Positions 1-8,120 are shown, counted from the first letter of the stretch. The stretch: DNA of 18,925 nt from an uncultured Deinococcales bacterium (GCA_964244895.1 CAXTKV010000097.1:1-18925), one strand, 5' to 3'. A program made the numbers and translations. The notes: a model not told the origin generated them from the sequence alone.

Positions 1-195
1 AAAAAACTGGTCTTTGAACGTTTACTTTGATTGAGTGAACTGCTGTATGTATATCAAGTTAGCAGTTTGAGCCGCAACCAGACAACGAATTTCCGTCTTA
101 CAAAATTCTTACCATCCGCACACCATCCGACCTTGGATTTTTCGCACATCGCCGAGATCGTGCTGATCGCAGTGGCTCGAACTTCTGGATGAAAA

Positions 196-245
196 ACCGT
201 CCAGGACGCGCATTTTGATACGCAAAGAACACCGTCTAGGACGAT
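196..245. repeat. Dispersed inverted-arm intergenic element, copy 1
   Basis: ACCGTCCAGGACG (196-208), 24-nt spacer, CGTCTAGGACGAT (233-245). The right arm also lies inside a local hairpin AAAGAACA...TGTTCTTT just downstream of the 270-707 gene. Confidence 0.7.
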
Positions 246-269
246 GTTCTTTGTTTCGTGGCGAACGTT

Positions 270-707
270 TTAACCCCAGACTTGCCGTTCGACCTCGCGC
301 CAGAAAGCGCTGAAGCGCCGAACCCGACCGGAAAAGGAGGTCAGGCGATCCGGCGCGAACACCCGAACGGTGAAGCCCGCGATCTCGAGCGCATCCAGTG
401 TGCGATCCAGTTCGGGGCTGGGAATCTGCGTGGTGTGCACCTGATCGCAACCGAGCTGCCGAGCGTACCGGGTGATCTCGTCGGCCTGCACGCCGACGGA
501 AACGCGATGCTCGCGGCCTTCGAGGGCTTCGAGGGCACCCTCGAAGATGAATTGCAGTCGGGCAAAAGAAATCCTGTTCGACTCGAGAAACGGTTGATCG
601 AACACGAAAATCGCGGGCGCGCCGGGGTTTTCCTGAAGCGCCGGATCGGTTGGGGACAGGCTGCCGCCGTGAACCCAGACGAGCACTTTTGAACCGATAA
701 CGCTCAC
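270..707 (-). CDS. Stand-alone photolyase/cryptochrome N-terminal alpha/beta (antenna-like) domain protein
   Basis: Motifs LVWVHGGSL..TDPAL, AIFVFDQPFL, ISFARLQFIFEG and RRFSAFWR resemble the photolyase N-terminal domain. GTG 707 is preferred as start because it overlaps an upstream TGA; GTG 716 is the alternative. Confidence 0.75.
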   Translation of the reverse strand: MSVIGSKVLVWVHGGSLSPTDPALQENPGAPAIFVFDQPFLESNRISFARLQFIFEGALEALEGREHRVSVGVQADEITRYARQLGCDQVHTTQIPSPELDRTLDALEIAGFTVRVFAPDRLTSFSGRVRRFSAFWREVERQVWG

Positions 708-769
708 AGCCTCCACCGACGTTCGCGCGAGCCGCTCACAGCGGACCGACGTTCGCGCGAGCCGCTCAC
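704..769 (-). other. 21-codon mini-ORF (MSGSRERRSAVSGSRERRWRL) bridging the two photolyase-part genes
   Basis: GTG 769-767 overlaps the upstream TGA (768-766). Its own TGA (706-704) overlaps GTG 707-705 of the downstream gene. Translation is unproven. Confidence 0.4.
715..769. repeat. 30-bp-period tandem duplication
   Basis: ACCGACGTTCGCGCGAGCCGCTCAC is exact at 715-739 and 745-769. CGCTCACAGC also occurs at 701-710 and 733-742. Confidence 0.95.
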
Positions 770-1626
770 GAGCCCCACCCGCGAGACGCGCCGAAAAGTT
801 CGCGCTCGAGCGCTTCGTAGGACGCTCGGAACGGGCATTTCGCGGTGCAACTCGAGCAGTAGGCGTCGTTGGAATATTTTTTTATGTTCTCCTGATTCAT
901 GAAATACGGTTTCTGAGAGAAGGTGCTGGCGACCCACTGCCACGACAGGGCGTTCGAGGCGATATCGCCATCCAACAGGTGCTCGCGAAAGAGGCGGTAT
1001 CCGGCCTTCCAGTGAATTTTGCGCCAGTGCGTCAAGTACGCCGCGAACCACAAGCGTTCGTGGTTGTGCAAGTAGCCCGTGCTGGTCAGCTTGGAAACCC
1101 AGGTGTCCACGCACGGCAAGCCCGTTCCAGCCCGACGCACGTCTTCGGGCAGTTCATCGCGCCAGCGCGCCGCGTATTTGGGTTCCTCGAGGTTTTCGAG
1201 CGCGCCCTCGCCTTCTTGCTCGAGCACCAGGTTGAAGAACTCGCGCCAGCTGAGTTGCTTCAAGAATTCCTGGCACTCCCGGCCCTGGGCGCGCTGACGG
1301 GCGTGCTCTGCGACCTCGAGTATCGAGATCACGCCGTGGCGCAGGTACGCGGACAGCCGCGAGGTCGGCGCATTCACGAAGTTGCGCCGCGCGTACCCTT
1401 CGGCACTGAAGGCCCGCAGCGCCTCGAGTGCGGCCCGGCGACCACCGCGCGTCTCGTTCGGAACGGGTTCAGTGCTGTAGAGACCCTCGAGTTTTTCCGC
1501 CAGGTGCGCGGTCAGCTCGATGCGGTCGGAAAAAACAGTCTGGAGTTCCACGCCTTCAGTCTTCGCGCCAGAAGCGTTTTTCTCGAGCGACCGGGTTACA
1601 GTCTGGGTTCGGTGCTCAGCGCTCAC
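766..1626 (-). CDS. Short DNA photolyase-family protein (FAD-binding domain only) with candidate 4Fe-4S cysteines
   Basis: Photolyase FAD-domain motifs TSRLSAYLRHG, QLSWREFF, TGLPCVD, TGYLHNHERLW and LLDGDIASNALSWQW; C-terminal CSSCTAKCPF. The start codon is uncertain. Confidence 0.88.
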   Translation of the reverse strand: MSAEHRTQTVTRSLEKNASGAKTEGVELQTVFSDRIELTAHLAEKLEGLYSTEPVPNETRGGRRAALEALRAFSAEGYARRNFVNAPTSRLSAYLRHGVISILEVAEHARQRAQGRECQEFLKQLSWREFFNLVLEQEGEGALENLEEPKYAARWRDELPEDVRRAGTGLPCVDTWVSKLTSTGYLHNHERLWFAAYLTHWRKIHWKAGYRLFREHLLDGDIASNALSWQWVASTFSQKPYFMNQENIKKYSNDAYCSSCTAKCPFRASYEALERELFGASRGWGS

Positions 1627-1645
1627 CCGAGTAAGATTCCAGAGA

Positions 1646-1694
1646 ACCGTCCTGGAAACGATCCTTCGACATCAAAAACAGCGTCCGGGAAGGC
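1646..1694. repeat. Dispersed inverted-arm element, copy 2 (degenerate)
   Basis: ACCGTCCTGGAAA (1646-1658), 23-nt spacer, CGTCCGGGAAGGC (1682-1694). Confidence 0.5.
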
Positions 1695-1768
1695 GTTTCA
1701 ATCGGTTCAACCCGAGTCGAAATCACCGCGTCTCGAGCCTGGGTTTCTGAGCCGCCCATCCCGCGCGG

Positions 1769-1774
1769 TAGACT
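1769..1774 (+). promoter_or_regulatory. -10 box of probable leaderless promoter
   Basis: TAGACT lies 7 nt before ATG 1782 with no SD sequence, a typical Deinococcus-Thermus leaderless arrangement. Confidence 0.6.
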
Positions 1775-1781
1775 GCGAGCA

Positions 1782-2471
1782 ATGGAGTCTCTTCCGCTGC
1801 AAAACGCTGTACTCGCCGTGACGAACGCGGGGCACGGCTACGGTCACGCCATCGCCAGGGCGCTCGGTAAGGTCGGCGCGAACGTGATCGTGGTCGATCC
1901 CGAAGCGGCGGCAGCGGCGGTGGTCGCCTCGGAAATCGAGGCGGCGGGCGGGCGCGCCATCCCGATCAAGGCCGATACCAGCGTGCAGCTCGAGGTTTCG
2001 AACACGATCGAAAAAATCCGCACCATCTTCGGGGCGCTGGCGGGCGTGGTGCACGTGACCGACGGCGCTTCTCAGACGGCATTTCCAAAGCTGATCGAGG
2101 CCGAATGGTCGGAATTGATGGACGATCACGCGCGCTCCAGCTACCTGCTTCTGCGGGCGCTGCAGCGCCGATCGGCCAGCACCTGGGCGACGCTGGTGCT
2201 GCCCCCGGACGATCACACGCAACCGCAGATGCGCGCCATTCGCGGTTATCTGACGGAACTGACGCTCGGCTTGTCGCATGACGGCGTGCGCGTCAACGCG
2301 CTCGTGCCGAGCCGAATTGCGGGCAACTTGGAACTCGATGCGCCGCTGGCGGAAGCGGCGGTTTCGCTGGCGCTCCCGTCCAGTCGGGGCATCACGGGTG
2401 CGGTCGTGCGCGTGCGCTTGCCCGCCCTGCCCGACCCTCGAGCCAGCCTGCCACGGGAGGTTTTTGAATGA
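1782..2471 (+). CDS. SDR-family oxidoreductase-like protein (degenerate catalytic motifs)
   Basis: Rossmann start VTNAGHGYGHAIA, plus GGRAIPIKADTS and GVRVNALVP. ATGA overlap with nrdR. Confidence 0.8.
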   Translation: MESLPLQNAVLAVTNAGHGYGHAIARALGKVGANVIVVDPEAAAAAVVASEIEAAGGRAIPIKADTSVQLEVSNTIEKIRTIFGALAGVVHVTDGASQTAFPKLIEAEWSELMDDHARSSYLLLRALQRRSASTWATLVLPPDDHTQPQMRAIRGYLTELTLGLSHDGVRVNALVPSRIAGNLELDAPLAEAAVSLALPSSRGITGAVVRVRLPALPDPRASLPREVFE

Positions 2472-2956
2472 AATGCCCACGTTGCGCCCACGCCGATACG
2501 CGCGTGGTCGATTCACGCCCATCCGATGAAGGCGCGAGCATCCGCCGCCGGCGCGAATGCCCAAATTGCGGTTACCGCTTTACCAGTTACGAACGCGCCC
2601 AGTTCGAGCCCTTGACCGTGATGAAACGCAACGCCCGCAAGGAAGCTTTCAACCCGGACAAATTGCTGCGCGGCCTGATTCTGGCCTCCGAGAAGCGCCC
2701 GGTCGACCCGGAGCGGTTGCGCGCGTTCGCCTTCAGTTTCGAGGATCAGTTCGGTGACACGGAAATCAGTTCCGAGGAGATCGGTCGCCGCGCCTTGGCC
2801 TTCTTGCGCGCGCTGGACGTGGTGGCGTACATCCGTTTCGCCAGCGTCTACCGCGATTTCGACAACGTCCAGAAGTTCATCGAAGTGATCCAGGAACTCG
2901 AGATCGAAGTCGATTTGGGCTTGCCCGAGCGCGTCAAGCTCAAGCCTCGCGCCTGA
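2468..2956 (+). CDS. nrdR: Transcriptional repressor NrdR
   Basis: MKCPRC..DTRVVDSR..IRRRRECPNC.RFTSYER zinc ribbon, ATP-cone, VAYIRFASVYRDF. Confidence 0.97.
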   Translation: MKCPRCAHADTRVVDSRPSDEGASIRRRRECPNCGYRFTSYERAQFEPLTVMKRNARKEAFNPDKLLRGLILASEKRPVDPERLRAFAFSFEDQFGDTEISSEEIGRRALAFLRALDVVAYIRFASVYRDFDNVQKFIEVIQELEIEVDLGLPERVKLKPRA

Positions 2957-3005
2957 TCTGGCGTTTCTCGGGGCGCGCTCGAGCTGAGAACACCGTCCTT
3001 GAGAG

Positions 3006-3047
3006 CACCGTCCAGCACGCGTTTTTGAAAACGCGTGCTGGACGGTG
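3006..3047. terminator. Perfect 20-bp inverted repeat between convergent genes; short-spacer variant of the dispersed element (copy 3)
   Basis: CACCGTCCAGCACGCGTTTT (3006-3025), TG, AAAACGCGTGCTGGACGGTG (3028-3047). An extra partial arm ACCGTCCTT lies at 2992-3000. Terminator function is inferred from position only. Confidence 0.6.
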
Positions 3048-3407
3048 TCATTTGGTTTGGCCGGACTCGAGCCAGCTTTTCCACGAGGCTTCTTGTTGGC
3101 CGACGCTCAAGAATTTCCCGGCGCGCACCAGCGGCAGGCGCAGCAGTCGGGGTTCGCGGATCGTGCGCTCGAGCATGGCGGCGTCGGTCACGCGCAAATA
3201 TTCGAGGTTGGCGTCCGCGTAGGCTTTGCCATCCGTGTCCAGCAGGGCGTTCAAACCAAACTTCTGGACGAAACGGTTGATCTCGCCGGGGCTGATGGCC
3301 CGTTCGTTCAGATCCACGAAGTGAATCTTGATGCGGCGTTCCTTGAAGAAGCGTTCGGCGGCACGGGTTGCGCTCGAGGCTTTCAGGCCAAAAATCTGGA
3401 CTTCCAC
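3048..3407 (-). CDS. ArsC/Spx-family thioredoxin-fold protein (no cysteines)
   Basis: VQIFG...TRAAERFFKERRI, HFVDL and EPRLLRLPLV fit the ArsC/Spx/YffB family. GTG 3407 lies 6 nt after TACACT. Confidence 0.85.
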   Translation of the reverse strand: MEVQIFGLKASSATRAAERFFKERRIKIHFVDLNERAISPGEINRFVQKFGLNALLDTDGKAYADANLEYLRVTDAAMLERTIREPRLLRLPLVRAGKFLSVGQQEASWKSWLESGQTK

Positions 3408-3413
3408 AGCTCG

Positions 3414-3419
3414 AGTGTA
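3414..3419 (-). promoter_or_regulatory. -10 box of probable leaderless promoter
   Basis: Minus strand reads TACACT-CGAGCT-GTG. Confidence 0.6.
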
Positions 3420-3678
3420 CAAAATGGGCTGGCTGTTCGGTCGCACCGCCGCAGGTCTCGGGGCGCGTTCGAGGCTCGAGATGCGGGACCTTTGCCCCGC
3501 CCGGAAATGGGAGAAAAGACCGCCCAGAACGTCACATCTTTGACACATTCGGTCGGTTTTCAAAGATTAAAGAAAAGGTTAAGGAATGACATTTGAGAGG
3601 TGGTTTCCATTGCCGATGGGGACGCATTGTTCTCGTGTGCCCAATGTGAGATGAGATTGGATTAAGGAAACAAAAGTG

Positions 3679-3707
3679 TTTACAAAATACCTTCTCGAAT
3701 CTAGACT
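3679..3707 (+). promoter_or_regulatory. Sigma70-type promoter of ddrI
   Basis: TTTACA (3679-3684), 17 nt, TAGACT (3702-3707). Confidence 0.65.
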
Positions 3708-3760
3708 GGGTTCATACAAGCCGCGACTCTTTTCGCTCACGCGGCTGAAAGGTGGAACCC

Positions 3761-4360
3761 ATGATTCTCGAAAGGAACTACATCGATTCTGTCACCTACC
3801 GCCCCGGCGCGGTCATCTTGTACCCCGGCAAGGCCGATCAGCTCTACCGCGTCAAATCCGGCCTGGTGCGCGTTCACACCGTCGACGACGAAGGCAACGG
3901 ACTGACGCTGCGCTACGTCAAACCCGGCGAGTTCTTCGGCGAGGAAGCCCTGGCCGGACTGCCCCGCGAGTACTTCGCGGAAGCCGTCACCGATTCCAGC
4001 GTCGACGTGATCAACCCCGCCACGCTCGGGCCGGAGGACACGCTCGAGGTCAACATTCACCTCGTCAAAGCGCTCCAGCGTTCGTACCTGACGCTCTACC
4101 GCCTGACTGGAAAGCGCCTCAAGAGCCGCATCGCCTCCGAACTGCTGGAGCTTTCAACCACGGCCCTGGCCACCCGCAAGCCCGACGGCAAGCTGATGGT
4201 GTACGCCACCCACGACGAACTGGCCGCCGCCGTCGGATCGGTGCGCGAGACCGTCACCAAGGTCGTCGGCGAACTCTCGCGCGAGGGCGTGATCGACGCC
4301 GGATACGGCAAGATCACCCTGCGCGATCCCGAGGCCCTCCAAGCCATCGCGGACGAATAA
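3761..4360 (+). CDS. ddrI: CRP/FNR-family transcription regulator, DdrI (Deinococcus)/SdrP (Thermus) orthologue
   Basis: VTYRPGAVILYPGK, GNGLTLRYVKPGEFFGEEAL and the HTH region ATHDELAAAVGSVRETVTKVVGELSREG match what I recall of DdrI/SdrP. AAAGGTGG SD-like sequence precedes ATG 3761. Confidence 0.88.
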   Translation: MILERNYIDSVTYRPGAVILYPGKADQLYRVKSGLVRVHTVDDEGNGLTLRYVKPGEFFGEEALAGLPREYFAEAVTDSSVDVINPATLGPEDTLEVNIHLVKALQRSYLTLYRLTGKRLKSRIASELLELSTTALATRKPDGKLMVYATHDELAAAVGSVRETVTKVVGELSREGVIDAGYGKITLRDPEALQAIADE

Positions 4361-4379
4361 ACGCCAGCCCGCTCGAGCC

Positions 4380-4406
4380 AACGGCCCGGATGATCCGGGC
4401 CGTTTT
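4380..4406 (+). terminator. Intrinsic terminator-like hairpin after ddrI
   Basis: AACGGCCCGGA-TGA-TCCGGGCCGTT followed by TT. Confidence 0.7.
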
Positions 4407-4787
4407 CGTATCTCAAAGCGCTGACCCGACACCTCGAGGGCCACGAAAAGCAAAAACTTCGCGCGGAATGCCGCACGGTTGTTGGCTGATTCACTCCGCC
4501 CATTCGAGCGCCGGGGTATGAACAACCCGAAATCGAAATTTGACCGTCCCTTCAAACTCGAGATCCTAGCCGCAGCATTCTTGCAGCAAAGTCAGCGCAG
4601 GCCGGCACCGTTGGCCATCGGAAATATCGAGCGCGAGAACACGTCGGCCACGCGTGCCAAAAATATCACCCACATCTTTCTCAGAACGAGGATACTGAGG
4701 ACTGATTATCCAAACGACATCACGCTCTTTTGACCGATCTGAACAGGTTCTTTCTCGACGAGCCAAAGCGCGCACCCATCCAGAAAA

Positions 4788-4803
4788 TGTGCGAAATAAC
4801 ACA
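4788..4803. promoter_or_regulatory. Candidate CRP-family (DdrI/SdrP) binding site
   Basis: TGTGC-GAAATA-ACACA with A-rich flanks; 2 mismatches to TGTGA-N6-TCACA. A TATAGT -10-like box is at 4864-4869. Confidence 0.3.
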
Positions 4804-4888
4804 AAACATTCGGTGGGATCAATTGCTCACCCTTTGGTAAGTAATCGGAAAGTCACCACAATCTATAGTCCAAAAACTGGGGGTATGG

Positions 4889-5920
4889 ATGGGATCAAGT
4901 CAAGCCTTAGACCACCGCACTGCGCTCGCGCTGTATCTACCGCGCGCGCAGGCGCTCTTCAGAGACCTTTCGAGCGGCATGATTCACCTCTCGAAGCTCG
5001 AGGAAGACATTTCAAAACGCGAACACTTCTACGGCGTCCTCGAGTTTGTGACCGATCTGGACGGGGTACAAGTGCTCTACGCCGACGGGGTGCGTTCAGC
5101 CATCCTACTCACCCCCGGCGTGGCCGCACGCATCCGACAATTCGATGACCTGAGCAACCTGGAAGCCAACGTCAGCCTGTACCAACTCGATCCGTCCTTG
5201 ACGCGAATCGCCGCAGCCTTCAGCACCGCGCAGGCCACGGATCTGAGCCGCGCCATCCAACGCGTCGGAATCGAGCAGACGTTCGGGTTGCTCAGCACTT
5301 CCGGCTCGAGCGGCGTATTGCACCTGCTGACGGCGGATGCCAGAGCCCAGGTCTTCATGGACGAAGGTCGCGTGGTTCACGCGCAGGTGATCGCAGAAGG
5401 CATCGCTTCGGAGCAACCCGTGTCGCCCGAGCTGATCTACATGAACTTCAGTTCAAACGACGTGCGCGCCGTGATCTACCAGACCAAAGAACCCCTGCGC
5501 CCGCTCCGTTTTCAGGAACCCACGCCGATGCCCGTCTCCGCCGCGCGCGCCACCAACACGCGAGCCATCCTGGAAGGCTGGAGCGACCTGATGCGCCGCA
5601 CCCGCACCCTGGCCGAACAGCGCGGTTCGACCACCTTCGAGCGCGCCTGGCGAGCGGCTGGGGTCGCGCTCTGCGAAACGCACCCGTTGCTCGACCCGTT
5701 CAGCGCCGACCTGACCTGGACGGATGGCACGCTCAGCCTGCACGTCGATTCTTCCGAAGGGCTGCTCGAAGCGCTCGAGGCGGGATTCGTGCGCACCATC
5801 GGCGCGCTCGGGCTGACCTTAGAGCAAGTGGTCATCGGGGTCAAACTGATCGACCTGGGGCACAGGCACACCGAGGCCGATCTGGAACGCTTGCTGCCCG
5901 GCGGAAGGCGGTTGTCATGA
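4889..5920 (+). CDS. Hypothetical protein with central DUF4388/PATAN-like segment
   Basis: 343-aa ORF with normal codon usage. IEQTFGLLSTSGSSGVLHL..AQVFMDEGRVVHAQ resembles DUF4388. ATGA overlap with the next gene. Confidence 0.65.
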   Translation: MGSSQALDHRTALALYLPRAQALFRDLSSGMIHLSKLEEDISKREHFYGVLEFVTDLDGVQVLYADGVRSAILLTPGVAARIRQFDDLSNLEANVSLYQLDPSLTRIAAAFSTAQATDLSRAIQRVGIEQTFGLLSTSGSSGVLHLLTADARAQVFMDEGRVVHAQVIAEGIASEQPVSPELIYMNFSSNDVRAVIYQTKEPLRPLRFQEPTPMPVSAARATNTRAILEGWSDLMRRTRTLAEQRGSTTFERAWRAAGVALCETHPLLDPFSADLTWTDGTLSLHVDSSEGLLEALEAGFVRTIGALGLTLEQVVIGVKLIDLGHRHTEADLERLLPGGRRLS

Positions 5921-6735
5921 CCGGAACCAAAAGCCTGCAAGGCACCTTCGAGCGCGACAGCTTGCCCCAGATGATCCAGTACCTGGCGGCGTCCAACCAC
6001 GAGGGGCGCTTGACGCTCCAGTCGGGTACACGCACGGCCACGGTCGTGTACTTCGAGGGCAACGTGGTCGCCGCGACCTGCGAACCCGCCATCGGTGAGG
6101 CAGCAGTCGCGGAATTGCTGGCCTTCAAGGAAGGTCAGTTCGAATTTCTTCAGACCTCGATCCGCCTCGAGAACCTGCCGACCGCGACGAGAATCACCAA
6201 GCCGCTGTCTGCCCTATTGTTGTCGGCGGTGGTGGAACGCGACACCCTCGATACGCGCGAATCCAAGCAAGCCGTCCGGGACGTGATCGGCCCGGACACC
6301 GTGCCGCTGATCCAGCCGCCCAAACCGGGCGTGTCCGTGCAACTCGACAAAGCGGCCTGGATGATCATGCCCAAAATGGACGGCAAACGCACCGTCCGCG
6401 AGATCGCTCACGAGTTGCAGCTCGACGAGTACATCGTCACCGTGCAACTCGAGAGCATGCTCTCGAGCGGCCTGATTCAGGTCACGCAACGCGTCGCGAC
6501 CGTTCCCGCCGATCTGATCGAGGCGCTCACCAAAGTCGTGATCCAACTCGCCGGGCCGATGGGATCGTTCCTGATCGAGGATGTCGCCGAGGATCTCTCG
6601 CTCGACCCGAAGACCATTCCGAGCGCGTCCTTGCGCGAATTCCTGACCCGAATTCAAGCGCAAATGCCTCCCGAGCGGCAAGCCGCTTACGCCAACGCGG
6701 TCAACCAAGTACTGAAGCAATTCAAGCTCATCTAG
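5917..6735 (+). CDS. DUF4388 (PATAN-like) domain protein with winged-helix and C-terminal helical domain
   Basis: LQGTFERDSLPQMIQYL...GRLTL...YFEGNVVAA...GEAAVAELLAFKEGQFEF (DUF4388); MDGKRTVREIA...LSSGLIQV (wHTH-like); LAGPMGSFLIED helical tail. Confidence 0.82.
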   Translation: MTGTKSLQGTFERDSLPQMIQYLAASNHEGRLTLQSGTRTATVVYFEGNVVAATCEPAIGEAAVAELLAFKEGQFEFLQTSIRLENLPTATRITKPLSALLLSAVVERDTLDTRESKQAVRDVIGPDTVPLIQPPKPGVSVQLDKAAWMIMPKMDGKRTVREIAHELQLDEYIVTVQLESMLSSGLIQVTQRVATVPADLIEALTKVVIQLAGPMGSFLIEDVAEDLSLDPKTIPSASLREFLTRIQAQMPPERQAAYANAVNQVLKQFKLI

Positions 6736-6751
6736 CACCCAAGGAGACACG

Positions 6752-8098
6752 ATGAAAACAGAGTCGAGTGACCTGTTCGTAATGAAGATGATCTACCGGC
6801 TTTCCGACGAAGCCTCGAAACTCGAGACCGCCCAGAAGCTCGCGAGCGAACTCAACATCAGCCCCGAAAAAGCGCTGAACGTCCTGAACCGTTACCCTGG
6901 CCCGCTGATCAAACCCATGAGCCGCCAGCGCGTCGAAGAGATCGCCAACAGCTTCATTCGCGTCGGCGTGCCCGTCGAAGTCGTCGCGGCCTCGGCCCAG
7001 GTCAGCGCCAACCCACCGAGCGCGACCCCCTCCAGCCCACAACCCAAACCGCCCGCCCGAGAGGCCTCAATGTCCGCACCGATCATGGAACCGCTCGGCA
7101 TCACGCCGTTTATGGAACCATCGCAGGCTGCGCCGACCGGTTTCACACCGATCGGCGTCGCACCGTCCATGCCGACCATGGCTCCGCTGAGCTCCGGGCG
7201 CATCGACACTGGGCGCGTCGAAGGGATGCAACAACCGCTCGAGCCGATGGGCAAGCTCGAGGAAACGCCAGCCGCACCGATGAACCGAACCAGCCTGCGC
7301 ACCAAGCTGGTGGCCTCGTCGCTGGTTCCAATGCTGCTCCTCGGCCTCAGCGCACTGTCGGTGATCTCGATCAACGTGCCGCACGCCATCAATCAGCTCG
7401 ACGACAAGCGCGTCCACCAGTTGACTGCGGCGGTCATGGTTCCGCTCAACCCATCCGACCCCATGACCTCACTGACCATGCGCGGAGCCGTGCTGGGCAG
7501 CGAGGGCGATGTCGGTTTCGCACAACTCATACCGTCCGACCCTTCGGTCAAACCGATCTTCGTCACCAAAGACCCGCAGCTCGATGGCCTGATTCAACAG
7601 TCCGTCGCCCCATTTTTGGCCTCGCCTGAAGCGCGGCTGGCCGATCCCATCTGGCACGCGACCACGGGTCTGGAAGGGGACTATTACGTGCTGCGAGGCC
7701 AGGTGCTGCAACTGCCTTCGGGGCAACGCACGGTTCAATACCTGGATGGCCAGTCGTTGTACGCGACCGCCCAGCCAGCCGGAAAGAAACTCTTCGATTT
7801 CGCGATCGGCAATTCCCAGGCTCGAACCAATTCGGTGGTTCTGCAACAGATCGGCCTGATGGCCGCGCTGATCGGTCTGACGCTGATTTCGGCGACCGTA
7901 CTGGCCTTGATTTTCTCGAGAAGCATCTCGAACGCCATCATCCGCCTGACCACGGCTGCCGACACGATCAGCCTGGGTGAGTTCGACGTGCCGGTCGAAC
8001 GCAAATCCAACGATGAACTCGGCGACCTGGCCGAATCGCTCGACCGCATGCGCATCAGCTTGCGTTCCGCCCTCGAGCGTCTGCGCCGACGCCGCTAA
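6752..8098 (+). CDS. Membrane protein: N-terminal L7/L12-CTD-like domain, Pro-rich linker, TM, extracytoplasmic region, TM, C-terminal HAMP with no output domain
   Basis: AAGGAG SD. Two hydrophobic segments (LVPMLLLGLSALSVISI; IGLMAALIGLTLISATVLALIF). HAMP IIRLTTAADTISLGEFDVPV..SNDELGDLAESLDRMR, then a stop after about 14 residues. Confidence 0.82.
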   Translation: MKTESSDLFVMKMIYRLSDEASKLETAQKLASELNISPEKALNVLNRYPGPLIKPMSRQRVEEIANSFIRVGVPVEVVAASAQVSANPPSATPSSPQPKPPAREASMSAPIMEPLGITPFMEPSQAAPTGFTPIGVAPSMPTMAPLSSGRIDTGRVEGMQQPLEPMGKLEETPAAPMNRTSLRTKLVASSLVPMLLLGLSALSVISINVPHAINQLDDKRVHQLTAAVMVPLNPSDPMTSLTMRGAVLGSEGDVGFAQLIPSDPSVKPIFVTKDPQLDGLIQQSVAPFLASPEARLADPIWHATTGLEGDYYVLRGQVLQLPSGQRTVQYLDGQSLYATAQPAGKKLFDFAIGNSQARTNSVVLQQIGLMAALIGLTLISATVLALIFSRSISNAIIRLTTAADTISLGEFDVPVERKSNDELGDLAESLDRMRISLRSALERLRRRR

Positions 8099-8120
8099 AG
8101 CGCTTCCCGAAAGGATTTTT

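Noticed and set aside
38..67. CTGTATGTATATCAAG (SOS-box-like) inside an AACTGCT...AGCAGTT inverted pair in the AT-rich window start
   Set aside because: The right half-site is broken, and the proteobacterial LexA box is not expected in this lineage. It is probably promoter DNA of a gene outside the window, so it cannot be assigned.
3408..3563. N-terminal extension of the ArsC-like ORF containing CQRC
   Set aside because: It lies upstream of the family-typical start and of the leaderless -10 box, so the Cys pair is likely incidental.
3676..4521. 281-aa alternative-frame ORF over ddrI
   Set aside because: Arg-rich off-frame product whose start lies within the ddrI promoter.
4479..4802. Small ORFs in the ddrI downstream intergenic region (4479-4733 +, 4566-4802 -)
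   Set aside because: No SD or leaderless signal, atypical codon usage and no motifs.
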